64,000 nucleotides of DNA, from IMG/VR virus record IMGVR_UViG_3300027763_000027, positions 96,001 through 160,000 of that record, one strand, 5' to 3'. This document shows positions 50,517-61,700 of this stretch, one piece after another. Origin of the DNA: a virus. A program made the position numbers and the translations under genes. The notes beneath the pieces are model-generated. The model was not told where the DNA came from. It was given only the letters and a program-made list of their open reading frames with translations, and did not search any database. Numbering within the stretch: position 1 is the stretch's first letter; each line of letters begins with the position of its first letter.

Positions 50517-50523
50517 GTGTAAT
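50517..50523 (+). promoter_or_regulatory. Representative GTGTAA(T) putative late-promoter motif
   Basis: Recurs 8-17 nt upstream of starts at 16768, 25375, 26064, 32435, 40664, 42787, 44726, 50517, 57358 and on minus strand at 34289, 44704. Confidence 0.65.
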
Positions 50524-50536
50524 AGAATTAAGTAAA

Positions 50537-52444
50537 ATGGCTAAAAAATCTCAAAATAAATCAAAAAGTAAGAAAAACGAGGAAATCCAACCATTAATGG
50601 TTTCTAACGCTTCGTATCAAGAGGTCGTGGCTTCTTCACAAGATACGAGGTCGAGAAGAAATTTAGCAGCTAATATTACTAGGACAGATAGATACAAAAA
50701 TATTGACGATGGGTTAATACCTTTCAGATATTCAACTGGAGTTAAAGCTAACTCTAATATGAATGTAAGAGATGCTGTTATTTTATGTCAAAAGGCTTAT
50801 TATAATTTTGCTATATTTAGAAATACTGTTGATTTAATGACCGAGTTTTCTTGTAGTAATATTTATTTTAAAAATGGTAGTCAAAAAAGTAGGGATTTTT
50901 TTAGTGCGTTATTTTCTAAAATTAACATCTCAGAAATGCAAGATAAATTTTTTAGAGAGTATTATCGTAGCGGTAATGTTTTTATATATCGTTTTGATAC
51001 AAAAGTGCAAGATGAAGATATTGTTAAAATTACCCAAACATTTGGTTTAAACTCAAAAGCTAGCGTTTTACTTCCTTCAAAATATATTATTTTAAATCCA
51101 GCCGATATTCAAATCGGAGGAAGTATTAATTTTTCCGTAGGAAGATATTATAAACTACTTAGTGATTATGAATTAGAAAGATTAAAAAGCCCAAAGACAG
51201 ATGAAGATCGAGAAGTATTAAATAGTTTACCACCAGAAACCCAAAAATTAATAAATCAAAAAACAGTTGGAGTATTAACTTTACCATTAGATAGAGAAAG
51301 ATTAGCGGCAGTTTTTTATAAAAAACAAGATTACGAGCCATTTGCTGTTCCCATGGGTTTTCCAGTATTAGATGATATTAATTGGAAAGCAGAAATGAAA
51401 AAAATGGATATGGCATTAACACGCACAATGCAACAAGCAATACTTTTAATTACAATGGGTGATACTCCAAGCAACGGAGGAATCAATCAAAAGAATCTAG
51501 AGGCGATGCAAAAACTTTTTGAAAATCAAAGTGTTGGTAGAGTTTTAATTGCGGATTATACAACAAAAGCACAATTTGTTATTCCTGATATTGGAAATCT
51601 TATTGGACCACAAAAATACGAAGTTGTGGATAGGGATATTCAGATGGGTTTAAATAATATTCTTATTGGTAGCGAAAAATTTGCTAATCAAACGATTAAA
51701 GTACAAGTATTTATTCAAAGATTAAAACAAGCAAGAGAAACTTTTATTAATGAATTTCTAGTTCCAGAAATTCGCAGGATGAGTAAAGATCTTGGTTTTA
51801 AAAATTATCCAACTCCTCACTTTGAAGATATTGATATTAAAGATGATATTCAGTATTCTAGAATTTATACAAGGCTAGTAGAACTTGGGATATTAACTCC
51901 AGAAGAAGGAATTCAAGCCATAGATACTGGAGTACTTCCATCTGCTGAAGATTCAGCTTTATCTCAACAAAAATTTAGAGAATTAAAAGACCAAGGACTT
52001 TATCAACCTTTAATTGGTGGAAGCGCTCAAGCTGGTTCAGCAGGAAGACCAGCTGGAAGTACTGGAATTCCTCAACAAACTAAAAATATAAAGCCAATTG
52101 GAGAAGGTAAACAATCAAAAGCAACATTTTTTGATTTAGATAAAATTAAAAATAATTTTTTACTGGCTTCTAAATTACAAGAAAAAATAGAAGCAAGTCT
52201 TAAAGAAAAACATTCTTTACGTAAACTTTCCAAACAACAAAAAGAAGTAGCATTTGAAATTTCTAAAATTATTGTATCAAATGAAAATCCAGAAACTTGG
52301 CAAAATGTAATTGAAGAATACATTAAAAATCCAAAAGATAAAAATATAGAAAAAATTCATGAAATACAAAGCATAGCGGTAGATCATTCTGTAGATAGTT
52401 ATATTGCTAGTATTCTTTATCATAGCAAAAATATAAAGGGATAA
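50537..52444 (+). CDS. Portal protein
   Basis: Follows terL; FRNTVDLMTEF, EYYRSGNVF, KQDYEPFAVP; 635 aa. Confidence 0.8.
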   Translation: MAKKSQNKSKSKKNEEIQPLMVSNASYQEVVASSQDTRSRRNLAANITRTDRYKNIDDGLIPFRYSTGVKANSNMNVRDAVILCQKAYYNFAIFRNTVDLMTEFSCSNIYFKNGSQKSRDFFSALFSKINISEMQDKFFREYYRSGNVFIYRFDTKVQDEDIVKITQTFGLNSKASVLLPSKYIILNPADIQIGGSINFSVGRYYKLLSDYELERLKSPKTDEDREVLNSLPPETQKLINQKTVGVLTLPLDRERLAAVFYKKQDYEPFAVPMGFPVLDDINWKAEMKKMDMALTRTMQQAILLITMGDTPSNGGINQKNLEAMQKLFENQSVGRVLIADYTTKAQFVIPDIGNLIGPQKYEVVDRDIQMGLNNILIGSEKFANQTIKVQVFIQRLKQARETFINEFLVPEIRRMSKDLGFKNYPTPHFEDIDIKDDIQYSRIYTRLVELGILTPEEGIQAIDTGVLPSAEDSALSQQKFRELKDQGLYQPLIGGSAQAGSAGRPAGSTGIPQQTKNIKPIGEGKQSKATFFDLDKIKNNFLLASKLQEKIEASLKEKHSLRKLSKQQKEVAFEISKIIVSNENPETWQNVIEEYIKNPKDKNIEKIHEIQSIAVDHSVDSYIASILYHSKNIKG

Positions 52445-52448
52445 CTTT

Positions 52449-53123
52449 ATGGCTCAAAATTTAATAAGATTAAAGCAATTAAATACAACTGAATTAAGTG
52501 GATTTTTTGCGTCAACGATAACAAACACAGGTGCTTTTGTAGATTCATTGGGTTTATTACCGTATCAGTTTCCAAGTTCAACAGGAATAAGAAGACATGT
52601 GCCCTTAGATTTATTTAGCACAACCAGCGTAATACCAGTCTCTGGAACAATAAATTATTTTCCTTTCCTAATCAAGAAAAAAACTACTGATCCCGTAGCT
52701 TGCGTTGAGATGACTGTATATTCGACATTTAATCCAAAAGTAACTATAGGTATTTACGATGGACGCAATGGTTTTGAAAATGCAAATTTAATTGCTTCTG
52801 GATCTATAACTGGAAATATTTCTAATACTGGAATTTATAGAACCACACTAAACGGAACTTTCAATCAAGGTCCATACATAATTGCTTCTATCTTAGAAAG
52901 CGGAGCAGGGTCTACTTTTAGAGGGCCTTCCTCTCATGGATTTAGAGAGCATTTTGGTATAAATACTGGATCTAGCACATTATTTGGAGGAACAGCTAAC
53001 ACGGTTCTTACTAATTCATTAGGCCAAACTGGAGCTTCTATTTTACCACAAAATATAGGATCTGGGGTTTGGTATGCAACAGCAGCTAACGTATTAAGTC
53101 CATTAGTATTTTTAGAATATTAA
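52449..53123 (+). CDS. Putative virion protein (beta-rich)
   Basis: Gly/Thr/Ser-rich, inside head module. Confidence 0.5.
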   Translation: MAQNLIRLKQLNTTELSGFFASTITNTGAFVDSLGLLPYQFPSSTGIRRHVPLDLFSTTSVIPVSGTINYFPFLIKKKTTDPVACVEMTVYSTFNPKVTIGIYDGRNGFENANLIASGSITGNISNTGIYRTTLNGTFNQGPYIIASILESGAGSTFRGPSSHGFREHFGINTGSSTLFGGTANTVLTNSLGQTGASILPQNIGSGVWYATAANVLSPLVFLEY

Positions 53124-53182
53124 TTATCAGATATTAAAATTAATTTAAAATCTCATTTCTATACGTGTATTATATATATAGA

Positions 53183-53680
53183 ATGAATTATAATTCTGAA
53201 CAATATGGCTTTGAGCAAATCAAAGTCAGAAAAACGTATAAACCAAAAGTCCGTAAAAATAAAGGTTCAGAAAAATCATTAGTGTTTTCTAAAAAAATTA
53301 TATCAGCCTTGGAGGATAAAATCAATCTTCATAATAAAAACAATAATAAACAACTTAAATTAGTTGATTTAAAAAAAGCCTATAAAAGCGGATTCAATGG
53401 AAATAAAAATTTAAACAAAGAAACTTTAGCTCATGTTAATATGACATTAAGAATTTCAAGGGGTGAAATTAGTGATATTATTAATAATTTTAAATCTAGC
53501 TCTTTTGAAATAATTGGCTCACAATTTATTGTTAAAGGCGATTTAATTCCTAATGAAAATGACTACAAACAAGCAGAAGAAGATATTAAAACTTATAATT
53601 TAGAAGACTTTGATTTTCAAAGTCATGAAGAATTATATCTCGAAGACGAGGAAGATCGTGTAACATATGGATTAATATAA
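53183..53680 (+). CDS. Hypothetical protein
   Basis: Likely start MNYNS, GTGTAT upstream. Confidence 0.55.
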   Translation: MNYNSEQYGFEQIKVRKTYKPKVRKNKGSEKSLVFSKKIISALEDKINLHNKNNNKQLKLVDLKKAYKSGFNGNKNLNKETLAHVNMTLRISRGEISDIINNFKSSSFEIIGSQFIVKGDLIPNENDYKQAEEDIKTYNLEDFDFQSHEELYLEDEEDRVTYGLI

Positions 53681-53682
53681 TT

Positions 53683-55227
53683 ATGAAGAATAAAACTAAA
53701 TTTTCAACCATTTTTTCTAATTTAAAAATTAGACCAGTAGTAAGCGAAGAAAAAGATAAATATTTATCTATAGCTTCTTTAGATAAATTAAGGAAATTCT
53801 TACCAGATATTAATACAGAAGATAATATCGATCTTCTTCCTATTGCATTTGACGCGTGCGTAGTAAATCGTGTTAATAAAAACGGCGATGTTATGGATGG
53901 AATAACCGCCGCTAAAGTTACTAAAAATTTCGTTAATAAACCAATTAATGTTGAGCATAATAGAAATCAAGTTATTGGATGCATACTTACTGCTAGTTTT
54001 AGTAAATTTGGATCTAATGAGAGTTTAGATACAGAAGAAGTAAAAGATATAAAAGCTCCATTTAATATTACTTTAGGTGGAGTTATATGGAAAGTAGTAA
54101 ATAAAGATTTAGCAGAACAAATAGAAGAGAGCAATGATCCTACTAGTGAAAATTATATGAGTATAAGTGCTAGTTGGGAATTAGGATTTAATGATTATAA
54201 TTTAATTGTATTAGAAAATGGCGAAAAGAATATTGAAAATGGACAAATTATATCTGACGCTAAACAAATTGAAAAATATCAAAATTCATTAAGAGGATTT
54301 GGTGGATCTGGAAAAATTGATGAGAATAAAATGGTATATAGACAAGTTTTGGGTAAAGTTGTTCCCCTTGGAGTTGGATTAACTCTTAATCCAGCTGCAG
54401 ACGTACAAGGAATAGCTATCCAATCAGAAGATAATAATATTATCGAAAAAGACGAAGAAGTAGAAGCTGGCATAATCACTCAAGAACCAGGCTCTACAGA
54501 AAATAATATTTCCCAAGAGGAAAATTTAAATGTAAAAAAAGAGAGGATATTTATGAAAATAACAAAAATCGAAGATATTACAGACGCTCTTCTTAAAGAG
54601 GTAACGGCTAGTTCTGTTACTGAATTTATTGCTGAAGAGATTAAAAAAGCTAATGATGCATTCGTAGCTGAAAAAAGCGAAAAAGAAAATGAGCTTAAAG
54701 CTGCTAATGAGAAAATTGCTAATGTAACTGCAGAACACGAAGTAGTTAAAAAGCAAGTAGAGGAAGTGAGTCAAAAGCTAGCTTCTCTCGAAGCCGAAAA
54801 AGAAGCAAAAGCTAAAGAAGAAATATTCACAATGCGTATGGCTACCCTAGACGAAGAATATGATCTATCAGATGAAGATCGTCAAGTCCTAGCCGCAGAC
54901 ATTAAAGATTTAAGCGAAGAAGCTTTTTCTGCATATAAAAATAAAATGGCAATTCTTATGAAAGAAAAAAACAAGAAGTCTAAAGAAGAAAAAATGCAAA
55001 AAGAAAAAGAAATGAAAGCTTCACTACCAGTAGAAGAAGTTAAAGCTTCTGAAGAAGTAGTAGCACCACAAATTTCTACAACCCAGGAGGTTGTCGAACA
55101 AGCTGTTGATAATGGATCAAAAGCTTCCACAGAAATTCCAAATTCAGTTCCAGCCAGTCAACCAAGCGTAAAAGAAAAATACGCTTCGGCTTTCGGTTTG
55201 GACGGATTTGAATTAACAAAAAAATAA
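53683..55227 (+). CDS. Prohead protease / scaffold fusion
   Basis: NKNGD, INVEH, SASWE, PAA protease-like N-half; coiled-coil acidic C-half; between portal and capsid. Confidence 0.75.
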   Translation: MKNKTKFSTIFSNLKIRPVVSEEKDKYLSIASLDKLRKFLPDINTEDNIDLLPIAFDACVVNRVNKNGDVMDGITAAKVTKNFVNKPINVEHNRNQVIGCILTASFSKFGSNESLDTEEVKDIKAPFNITLGGVIWKVVNKDLAEQIEESNDPTSENYMSISASWELGFNDYNLIVLENGEKNIENGQIISDAKQIEKYQNSLRGFGGSGKIDENKMVYRQVLGKVVPLGVGLTLNPAADVQGIAIQSEDNNIIEKDEEVEAGIITQEPGSTENNISQEENLNVKKERIFMKITKIEDITDALLKEVTASSVTEFIAEEIKKANDAFVAEKSEKENELKAANEKIANVTAEHEVVKKQVEEVSQKLASLEAEKEAKAKEEIFTMRMATLDEEYDLSDEDRQVLAADIKDLSEEAFSAYKNKMAILMKEKNKKSKEEKMQKEKEMKASLPVEEVKASEEVVAPQISTTQEVVEQAVDNGSKASTEIPNSVPASQPSVKEKYASAFGLDGFELTKK

Positions 55228-55243
55228 ATAAGGAGAAAAAAAT

Positions 55244-55795
55244 ATGGCACACGATCTAAGACCATTCAGAGATTATGACGAACACGATGTCATTAATCTT
55301 TTCGCTTACAGCGGAGACAGTACACAAGTTGTAAAAGGTCTCGTTGTTAAGCTAGAAGCAGGATTTAATCCTGGCACAGCAGTAAATAGCACTCCAAACA
55401 CCGCCCTAGGCAGTGTTGGAGCCTCTTATGCTAATACCGTTTCTGAAAGATACGGTATCTCAAGCAGAGTATCTACTGCAACATCAGGCAGCAACGTTCT
55501 AGGATTAACTCTTATGGACGTTCGTGAATTTGATGAAAACGGTGAAAAACTAGTTTTCAATCCTCGTAAAGCAGCAGAAATCGGCGCAGTAGTAAGTGGA
55601 CAAGCTGTACCAGTTCTTACAAAAGGACTTGTTATGTACAGTGGCACCAACGCTACCGCTGGTCACCTAGCTTACGTAGGTGCAACCGCTGGAGAATTAG
55701 CCTCTGCAGCAACTCTACCTGGTTCCACAGTTAAAGTTGGCAGATGGTTGAGCACAGCCGTCAACAATGTTGCTCTACTCAAAATTGAGCTCTAA
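55244..55795 (+). CDS. Capsid decoration/cement protein
   Basis: Strong AGGAGA SD, 183 aa, immediately upstream of the major capsid gene. Confidence 0.6.
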   Translation: MAHDLRPFRDYDEHDVINLFAYSGDSTQVVKGLVVKLEAGFNPGTAVNSTPNTALGSVGASYANTVSERYGISSRVSTATSGSNVLGLTLMDVREFDENGEKLVFNPRKAAEIGAVVSGQAVPVLTKGLVMYSGTNATAGHLAYVGATAGELASAATLPGSTVKVGRWLSTAVNNVALLKIEL

Positions 55796-55818
55796 TCTTA
55801 TAAAGGAGAAAATTTAAA

Positions 55819-56880
55819 ATGAAATTAAGATTAAAAAATACCCCAGAACAAGTTGAACTTGTAAAAGCAATGGGCAGCAGAGAAGGTTCTGTAGCTAAAG
55901 AAGCTACCGAAGCTTTTGCAGCTTTCATTGGACCAGTAGTAAACAAAGTTCTAATGCAAGCAGCCACTGCTTCTGCAGTTTATACTGATCTTCCATATGA
56001 TGAAGATGACTCTCCCTCTATCCCACTAGATCTATATGCTGGTGAGGGCGAAGGATATGTTACCACTTTCAGCCAAAGCGTCGCTGGTGGTCTTCCTACT
56101 TCAACAGTAGAAGGATTCAGCGAAATGAAAGTTTCTACCTATCGTTTAGATAGCGCAGTAAGCTTTTTGAAACGCTATGCTCGTCGTGGCCGTCTTGATG
56201 TTGTTAGCAAAGCCGTAGAACGCATGAGCAATGAAGTTCTTGTAAAACAAGAGCGCAATGCTTGGGCAGTAGTTCTAAAAGCTCTTGCCGCTGCTACTGC
56301 AAACATTGAAGCAGTAACTGGTCTAGGAGCAACTCCTGGAGCAGCCTTCCAACTTAGCCATCTAAATAAACTCGTAACAAGAGTTAAAAGAATTAATAGT
56401 TCTTATGCTGGCGGTTCTACAACCGATTCCTACGGATTAACCGATATCTTTGTCAGCCCAGAAGTCAAAGAAGCAATCCGTGGTTTTGCCTACCAACCAA
56501 TGACAACTGGTAATACCAATCTTGCTGATGGTGTCCGTGAAGAAATTTATCGCGGCGCTGGAACCCAAGAGATTTATGGTATCACAATCCATGAGTTAGT
56601 TGAACTTGGTTTAGGTAAAAAATACGGAGTTCTATTTGATGAATTCGCAGGCAGCACCTTTGATAGTTCAACTGATGACGTTGTTATCGGTTTAGATCTT
56701 ACAAAAGATGCCTTCGTTCGTCCTGTAGCTCGTCAAGCAGAATCAGGTGGAACATTCACCGCTCTTCCAGATGACCAATTCCTATCTCGCTCAGAAAAGA
56801 TTGGATTCTATGGCTTCCTAGAAGAGGGCCGTGTTTGTATCGATTCACGCGCTATTGCTGGTCTAACTCTCAAAGCCTAA
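55819..56880 (+). CDS. Major capsid protein
   Basis: 353 aa, AGGAGA SD, biased codons, synteny, terminator after; C-terminal IGFYGFLEEG..CID. Confidence 0.8.
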   Translation: MKLRLKNTPEQVELVKAMGSREGSVAKEATEAFAAFIGPVVNKVLMQAATASAVYTDLPYDEDDSPSIPLDLYAGEGEGYVTTFSQSVAGGLPTSTVEGFSEMKVSTYRLDSAVSFLKRYARRGRLDVVSKAVERMSNEVLVKQERNAWAVVLKALAAATANIEAVTGLGATPGAAFQLSHLNKLVTRVKRINSSYAGGSTTDSYGLTDIFVSPEVKEAIRGFAYQPMTTGNTNLADGVREEIYRGAGTQEIYGITIHELVELGLGKKYGVLFDEFAGSTFDSSTDDVVIGLDLTKDAFVRPVARQAESGGTFTALPDDQFLSRSEKIGFYGFLEEGRVCIDSRAIAGLTLKA

Positions 56881-56899
56881 AGCTTAGAGTAGTTCAATT

Positions 56900-56940
56900 G
56901 AAAAGCCCAAGGGTTCATCCCCTTGGGTTTTTCTTTTTTT
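56900..56940 (+). terminator. Rho-independent terminator
   Basis: AAAAGCCCAAGGG-TTCATC-CCCTTGGGTTTTT + T-run. Confidence 0.85.
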
Positions 56941-56984
56941 AGATATATTCATGTTTTTTCAATATAATAGATTAGGAGATAATC

Positions 56985-57323
56985 ATGCCTAAAAAATCAA
57001 AATTAGATACATTAAGTCAAGTTCATGGTAAAGTCGAAAAACCAATTACCCTAGACCAAGTATGGGGAGATACTGGTAGAAATAAATATGGGACACTTGA
57101 TCCGAAGGAATACGACCAAAAGTTAAACGAATATAATAAGAGCGATTTACAAGCTCATGCAGTTAAAGTTGGATTAGTGCCAATAGATAATAGAGAAACT
57201 TTAATTAAAAGACTAAAACAAGAATTCGCTAGACACATCTCTCAGTTTAAAGCTAGACCAGACGTTAATAATTTAAAAGGTAATTCAAAAAAAGCAAAAG
57301 ATATTTTGTCAGAAGGTCGTTGA
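56985..57323 (+). CDS. Hypothetical protein
   Basis: AGGAGA SD. Confidence 0.65.
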   Translation: MPKKSKLDTLSQVHGKVEKPITLDQVWGDTGRNKYGTLDPKEYDQKLNEYNKSDLQAHAVKVGLVPIDNRETLIKRLKQEFARHISQFKARPDVNNLKGNSKKAKDILSEGR

Positions 57324-57371
57324 TTTTTTAAAAATATTTCTTAAATATTATGCTTACGTGTAATATTTTAG

Positions 57372-58757
57372 ATGGCTACGATTTATAATATCAATTATAC
57401 AAAAGGCGACACTCTAAATATCCCTTTAATAGCTAAATATAACTCTGGCGATATTATTGATTTATCTTCATATTCCTTAAGAGGATCTGTTAAGTATAGA
57501 TATTCTTCTACTAGTTCTATATTAGATTTTAATATTATCATAACAAATGCAGAGCAAGGATTTTTTACTTTATATGGAGCAGCACAAGATTCTTCAAATT
57601 TTCCAATAGTAGAAGCTTTATATGACATAGAACTTTTTAATGAAAATGATATTTTTGTAACTAAAATATATCAAGGTAAATTTAATATATTTCCAGAGGT
57701 AACATCTAGTACACTTACTCCAATTGAAGGAGGAGGTAGTGGAAGCGGAACGCTTGCACCAACAGTTGCACCAACAGTAGCTCCAACAGTAGCTCCAACA
57801 GCACCGCCAACAACTGCTCCAACAGTAGCTCCAACAGCACCGCCAACAACTGCTCCAACAGTAGCTCCAACAGCACCGCCAACAACTGCTCCAACAGTAG
57901 CTCCAACAGCACCGCCAACAACTGCACCAACAGTTGGACCAACAACTGCTCCAACAACTGCTCCAACAGTTGGACCAACAACTGCTCCAACAACTGCTCC
58001 AACAGTTGGACCAACAACTGCTCCAACAACTGCTCCAACAGTTGGACCAACAACTGCTCCAACAACTGCTCCAACAGTTGGACCAACAACTGCTCCAACA
58101 ACTGCTCCAACAGTTGGACCAACAACTGCTCCAACAACTGCTCCAACAGTTGGACCAACAACTGCTCCAACAACTGCTCCAACAGTTGGACCAACAACTG
58201 CTCCAACAGTAGCTCCAACAGCACCGCCAACAACTGCACCAACAGTTGCACCAACAACTGCTCCAACAGTAGCTCCAACAGCACCGCCAACAACTGCTCC
58301 AACAGTAGCTCCAACAGCACCGCCAACAACTGCTCCAACAACTGCTCCAACAATTGCACCAACAACTGCTCCAACAGTATCTACTTATAAAATATTTTAT
58401 GGTACAGTATCTGGTCCATCAACTAACGTACCACTTTTAAATGATTCTCAAATTAATTCTTTACAAAACTCTGTAATATCTCCTGATTTAATAGGAAATT
58501 ATCAAGGAATTTATAACTGCCCAGCATTAGCAAATGGTTATAAATACATCTGCTATCCAGAAATTTTACCAACAATTTCTACAAGTATAGATTACGACAG
58601 TACTTCTCCATCTCCATTTGATGCAGTTGTATTTAATGATTTTAATGGCTTGAATTATTATATTGTAAGTGTAACCGTAAATAGTATTCTAGTCAATTAT
58701 AGGGTATATAGAACCGCTAGTAGATCAAATAATTTGCTCAGAATACAAGTAACATAA
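57372..58757 (+). CDS. Virion-associated protein: BppU-like N-domain + mucin-like Pro/Thr linker + C-domain
   Basis: KGDT...DLSSY...YDIEL...QGKF N-domain; ~200 aa of PT(T/V/A)(A/G/P) repeats. Confidence 0.7.
   Translation: MATIYNINYTKGDTLNIPLIAKYNSGDIIDLSSYSLRGSVKYRYSSTSSILDFNIIITNAEQGFFTLYGAAQDSSNFPIVEALYDIELFNENDIFVTKIYQGKFNIFPEVTSSTLTPIEGGGSGSGTLAPTVAPTVAPTVAPTAPPTTAPTVAPTAPPTTAPTVAPTAPPTTAPTVAPTAPPTTAPTVGPTTAPTTAPTVGPTTAPTTAPTVGPTTAPTTAPTVGPTTAPTTAPTVGPTTAPTTAPTVGPTTAPTTAPTVGPTTAPTTAPTVGPTTAPTVAPTAPPTTAPTVAPTTAPTVAPTAPPTTAPTVAPTAPPTTAPTTAPTIAPTTAPTVSTYKIFYGTVSGPSTNVPLLNDSQINSLQNSVISPDLIGNYQGIYNCPALANGYKYICYPEILPTISTSIDYDSTSPSPFDAVVFNDFNGLNYYIVSVTVNSILVNYRVYRTASRSNNLLRIQVT
57756..58379 (+). 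repeat. 12-bp-based coding tandem repeat (24- and 36-bp higher-order units)
   Basis: CCAACA every 12 nt; PTTAPTVG and PTVAPTAPPTTA units. Confidence 0.95.
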
Positions 58758-58761
58758 TAAA

Positions 58762-61700
58762 ATGAGCAAAATACCTAATAGCATTAATGTAGGTCAGCAA
58801 ATTGCTCCAAATTATACAGATGATACATTTGCTTTATTTGATCCAATTTATGGAATCGGAGGATTAAGAGAAGTAGCAAGTTTAACAGAAAGAAACAACA
58901 TATCTGCAGAAAGACTTAGAATTGGAATGTTAGTTTATGTTACTAGTGAAAATAAATTTTATCGTTTAGTTAGTTTTTCAGAAAATCAAAATCCACCTTA
59001 TGATATTATAACTAATTGGGAAAATGTAATATTTTTAAATAATAGTGAACAAACTATTAGTGGAACCAAGACTTTCGCTTCTCGTCCAAATGTAAATGGA
59101 ACAGGGTTTGTTTTAAGTGGCGAGACTTTAACTTTACCAACTACAGTTGCTTATACAACTGGAGATCAAACTTTAAGTGGAACCAAGACTTTTGCTTCTC
59201 GTCCAAATGTAAATGGAACAGGATTTTTGTTAAGTGGCGAAGTTTTAACTTTACCAACTACAATTGTTTATACAACTGGAGCTCAAACTTTAAGTGGAAC
59301 CAAGACTTTTGCTTCTCGTCCAAATGTAAATGGAACAGGGTTTGTTTTAAGTGGCGAGACTTTAACTTTACCAACTACAGTTGCTTATACAACTGGAGAT
59401 CAAACTTTAAGTGGAACCAAGACTTTTGCTTCTCGTCCAAATGTAAATGGAACAGGATTTTTGTTAAATGGAGAAGTTATTGGATTAATAAATGGAATTC
59501 AAACTTTTAGTGGAGCAAAAACGTTTAATGTTCGTCCAAATGTAAATGGAACAGGATTTTTGTTAAGTGGCGAAGTTTTAACTTTACCAACTACAATTGT
59601 TTATACAACTGGAGCTCAAACTTTAAGTGGAAATAAAACTTTTTCAAATCAAATAGTTTTTGGAAATGAAAATGGCAGAGGTGGTTTTATTTCTGGAAGT
59701 ACGAACGGTGGAGATTCTAGTTTAGTCATAAACGCAGATGGTCCTGAAGCAAAATATATATATTTAAATGCTAGTCCAGCATCAATGAGACTTGGAGAAG
59801 ATGGAATACATTTCAATGCAGGTAATGAAGATTTAAGCATTAATGGGGCTGATTCAGTTTTAATATATGGAAATGGTGATGTATATGCTCCTAATATGTC
59901 AGCATATTTTAAAAATGCAAATATTAATAATTTATTAAATATTACTGATACTGGAAATTACCAAGTTGGTTATATTTCTGGATATACTCAAGAAAATGGT
60001 GAGGTAACTCGTTTATATATTACAGCAAATGGCGGATTAGAAAAAAATTTAATTTTAAGCGCAGAAGGTCAATCATTAACAATTGGAAGAGATGGAGGTT
60101 TAAATTATGGAAATAATACTTTCGTTATTAATGGTAATGGTGAAGATTTAACAATTCAAAACGCAGATGTATACGTACAGAGAAACGCTTATGCTAGTAA
60201 TTTAGTTTACAATGTTGGTGATCAAATTATAAGCGGAAATAAAACATTTCTTGATAATATATTAATCAATAATCTTACAGTAACAGGAACAAGAACAATA
60301 GCAAATACTGAAGAAAATAATATAGATAGTAATTATTTATTATTAAATATAACAGGCGGAATAACAAACGGAGGAATATATTTTGTAACTGGAGCAGGAT
60401 TCTCTGGAGTAAATAGCTCTGGACCAATAATTGCTTATGATGCTAATATTAATAAATTCAGAATCGGAACAGGAATTAGATCAACAAATATTAATTCATT
60501 AAAAACAATAGCAGCCGTAGAAGATGTTGTAACTCTTGCTGGTAATCAAACTATTTCTGGAGTTAAAAGTTTCAGTGATCAAATAAAATTTTTAAGAGAA
60601 GGAGCAGCATACCCATTTAATCCAACAATTTCTGGAGGAGCTAGTATTGATAACGAACCAACTTTAGATATTGATGCTTTTAAATTAAATTTACGCGCTG
60701 GTTATAACAAATCAGAATATATTGAATTGGGTGGTGAAGAAGGTAGATTAAATATCAATACAGTAGCAGACACTAGTACTTTTAATCTTGGAACCGTACA
60801 CAACGCTTCATCAAATCTATCTTACAACATAAGTTCTCCATCTATTAATTTATATGGTCAAGTTAATGGTCAAACTGGAACTTTCCAAAAACTTTATGCA
60901 GACAATCTAGTATACAATACTGGTAATCAAACTGTTAGTGGATTTAAAAATTTTCCAGATGGCATTACAAGTATTACTGAGGATGGATACCCTGCTTCGA
61001 CAACTTTAGGCTATGGTGGAATAACTATATTTAATGGAGACGGTAATAATACTGTATTAGATAACGGTAGTTTAAGATGTCAAACTGAAGCTTTTACAAT
61101 AAAAACTGAAGATTATGATCCTTTATATTTAGGAACAAATAACCAAAACAGATTAACGATAACTCCAGATGGAAATATTGGTATAGGCACAGATGATCCA
61201 TCTGAAAAATTAGAAGTAGTTGGGAATATAAAAGCAGACAATTTAGTTTACAATGTTGGTGATCAAATTATTAGCGGAAATAAAAACTTTACTAATGGTT
61301 TAAATATTAACAATAACCCTTTATTCTATTCACAACCAAGTGGATTTTTTAGTGGAGTCGCAGTAACTGGAAGTGGTGATGGAGGATATTTTATTGGTAA
61401 AACTAAAATTTCACAAAATACTTTAATCTTAAAAGACGAAAGTTTTGGAAAAAATCATGTAACAAAACAATCAATAAGAAATTGGCAATCAGTTGCAATA
61501 TCTGCAGATGGAAAATATCAAACAGCAGTTACAAATATTGCTGGTTCCATTTATATTTCCAATGATTACGGAGATACTTGGCAAGAAAAGGGACCAGTTC
61601 TAAGTTGGTTTAGGATTGCAATGAGTAGCTGTGGTAAATACCAAACAGCATCTACTTATAATTCGCCTTTTGGAGATCTTTATATTTCTGATAATTATGG

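Noticed and set aside
57715-58374. Leu/Gln-rich ORFs 57715-58374(-) and 57934-58212(+)
   Set aside because: Alternative-frame shadows of the Pro/Thr tandem repeat.
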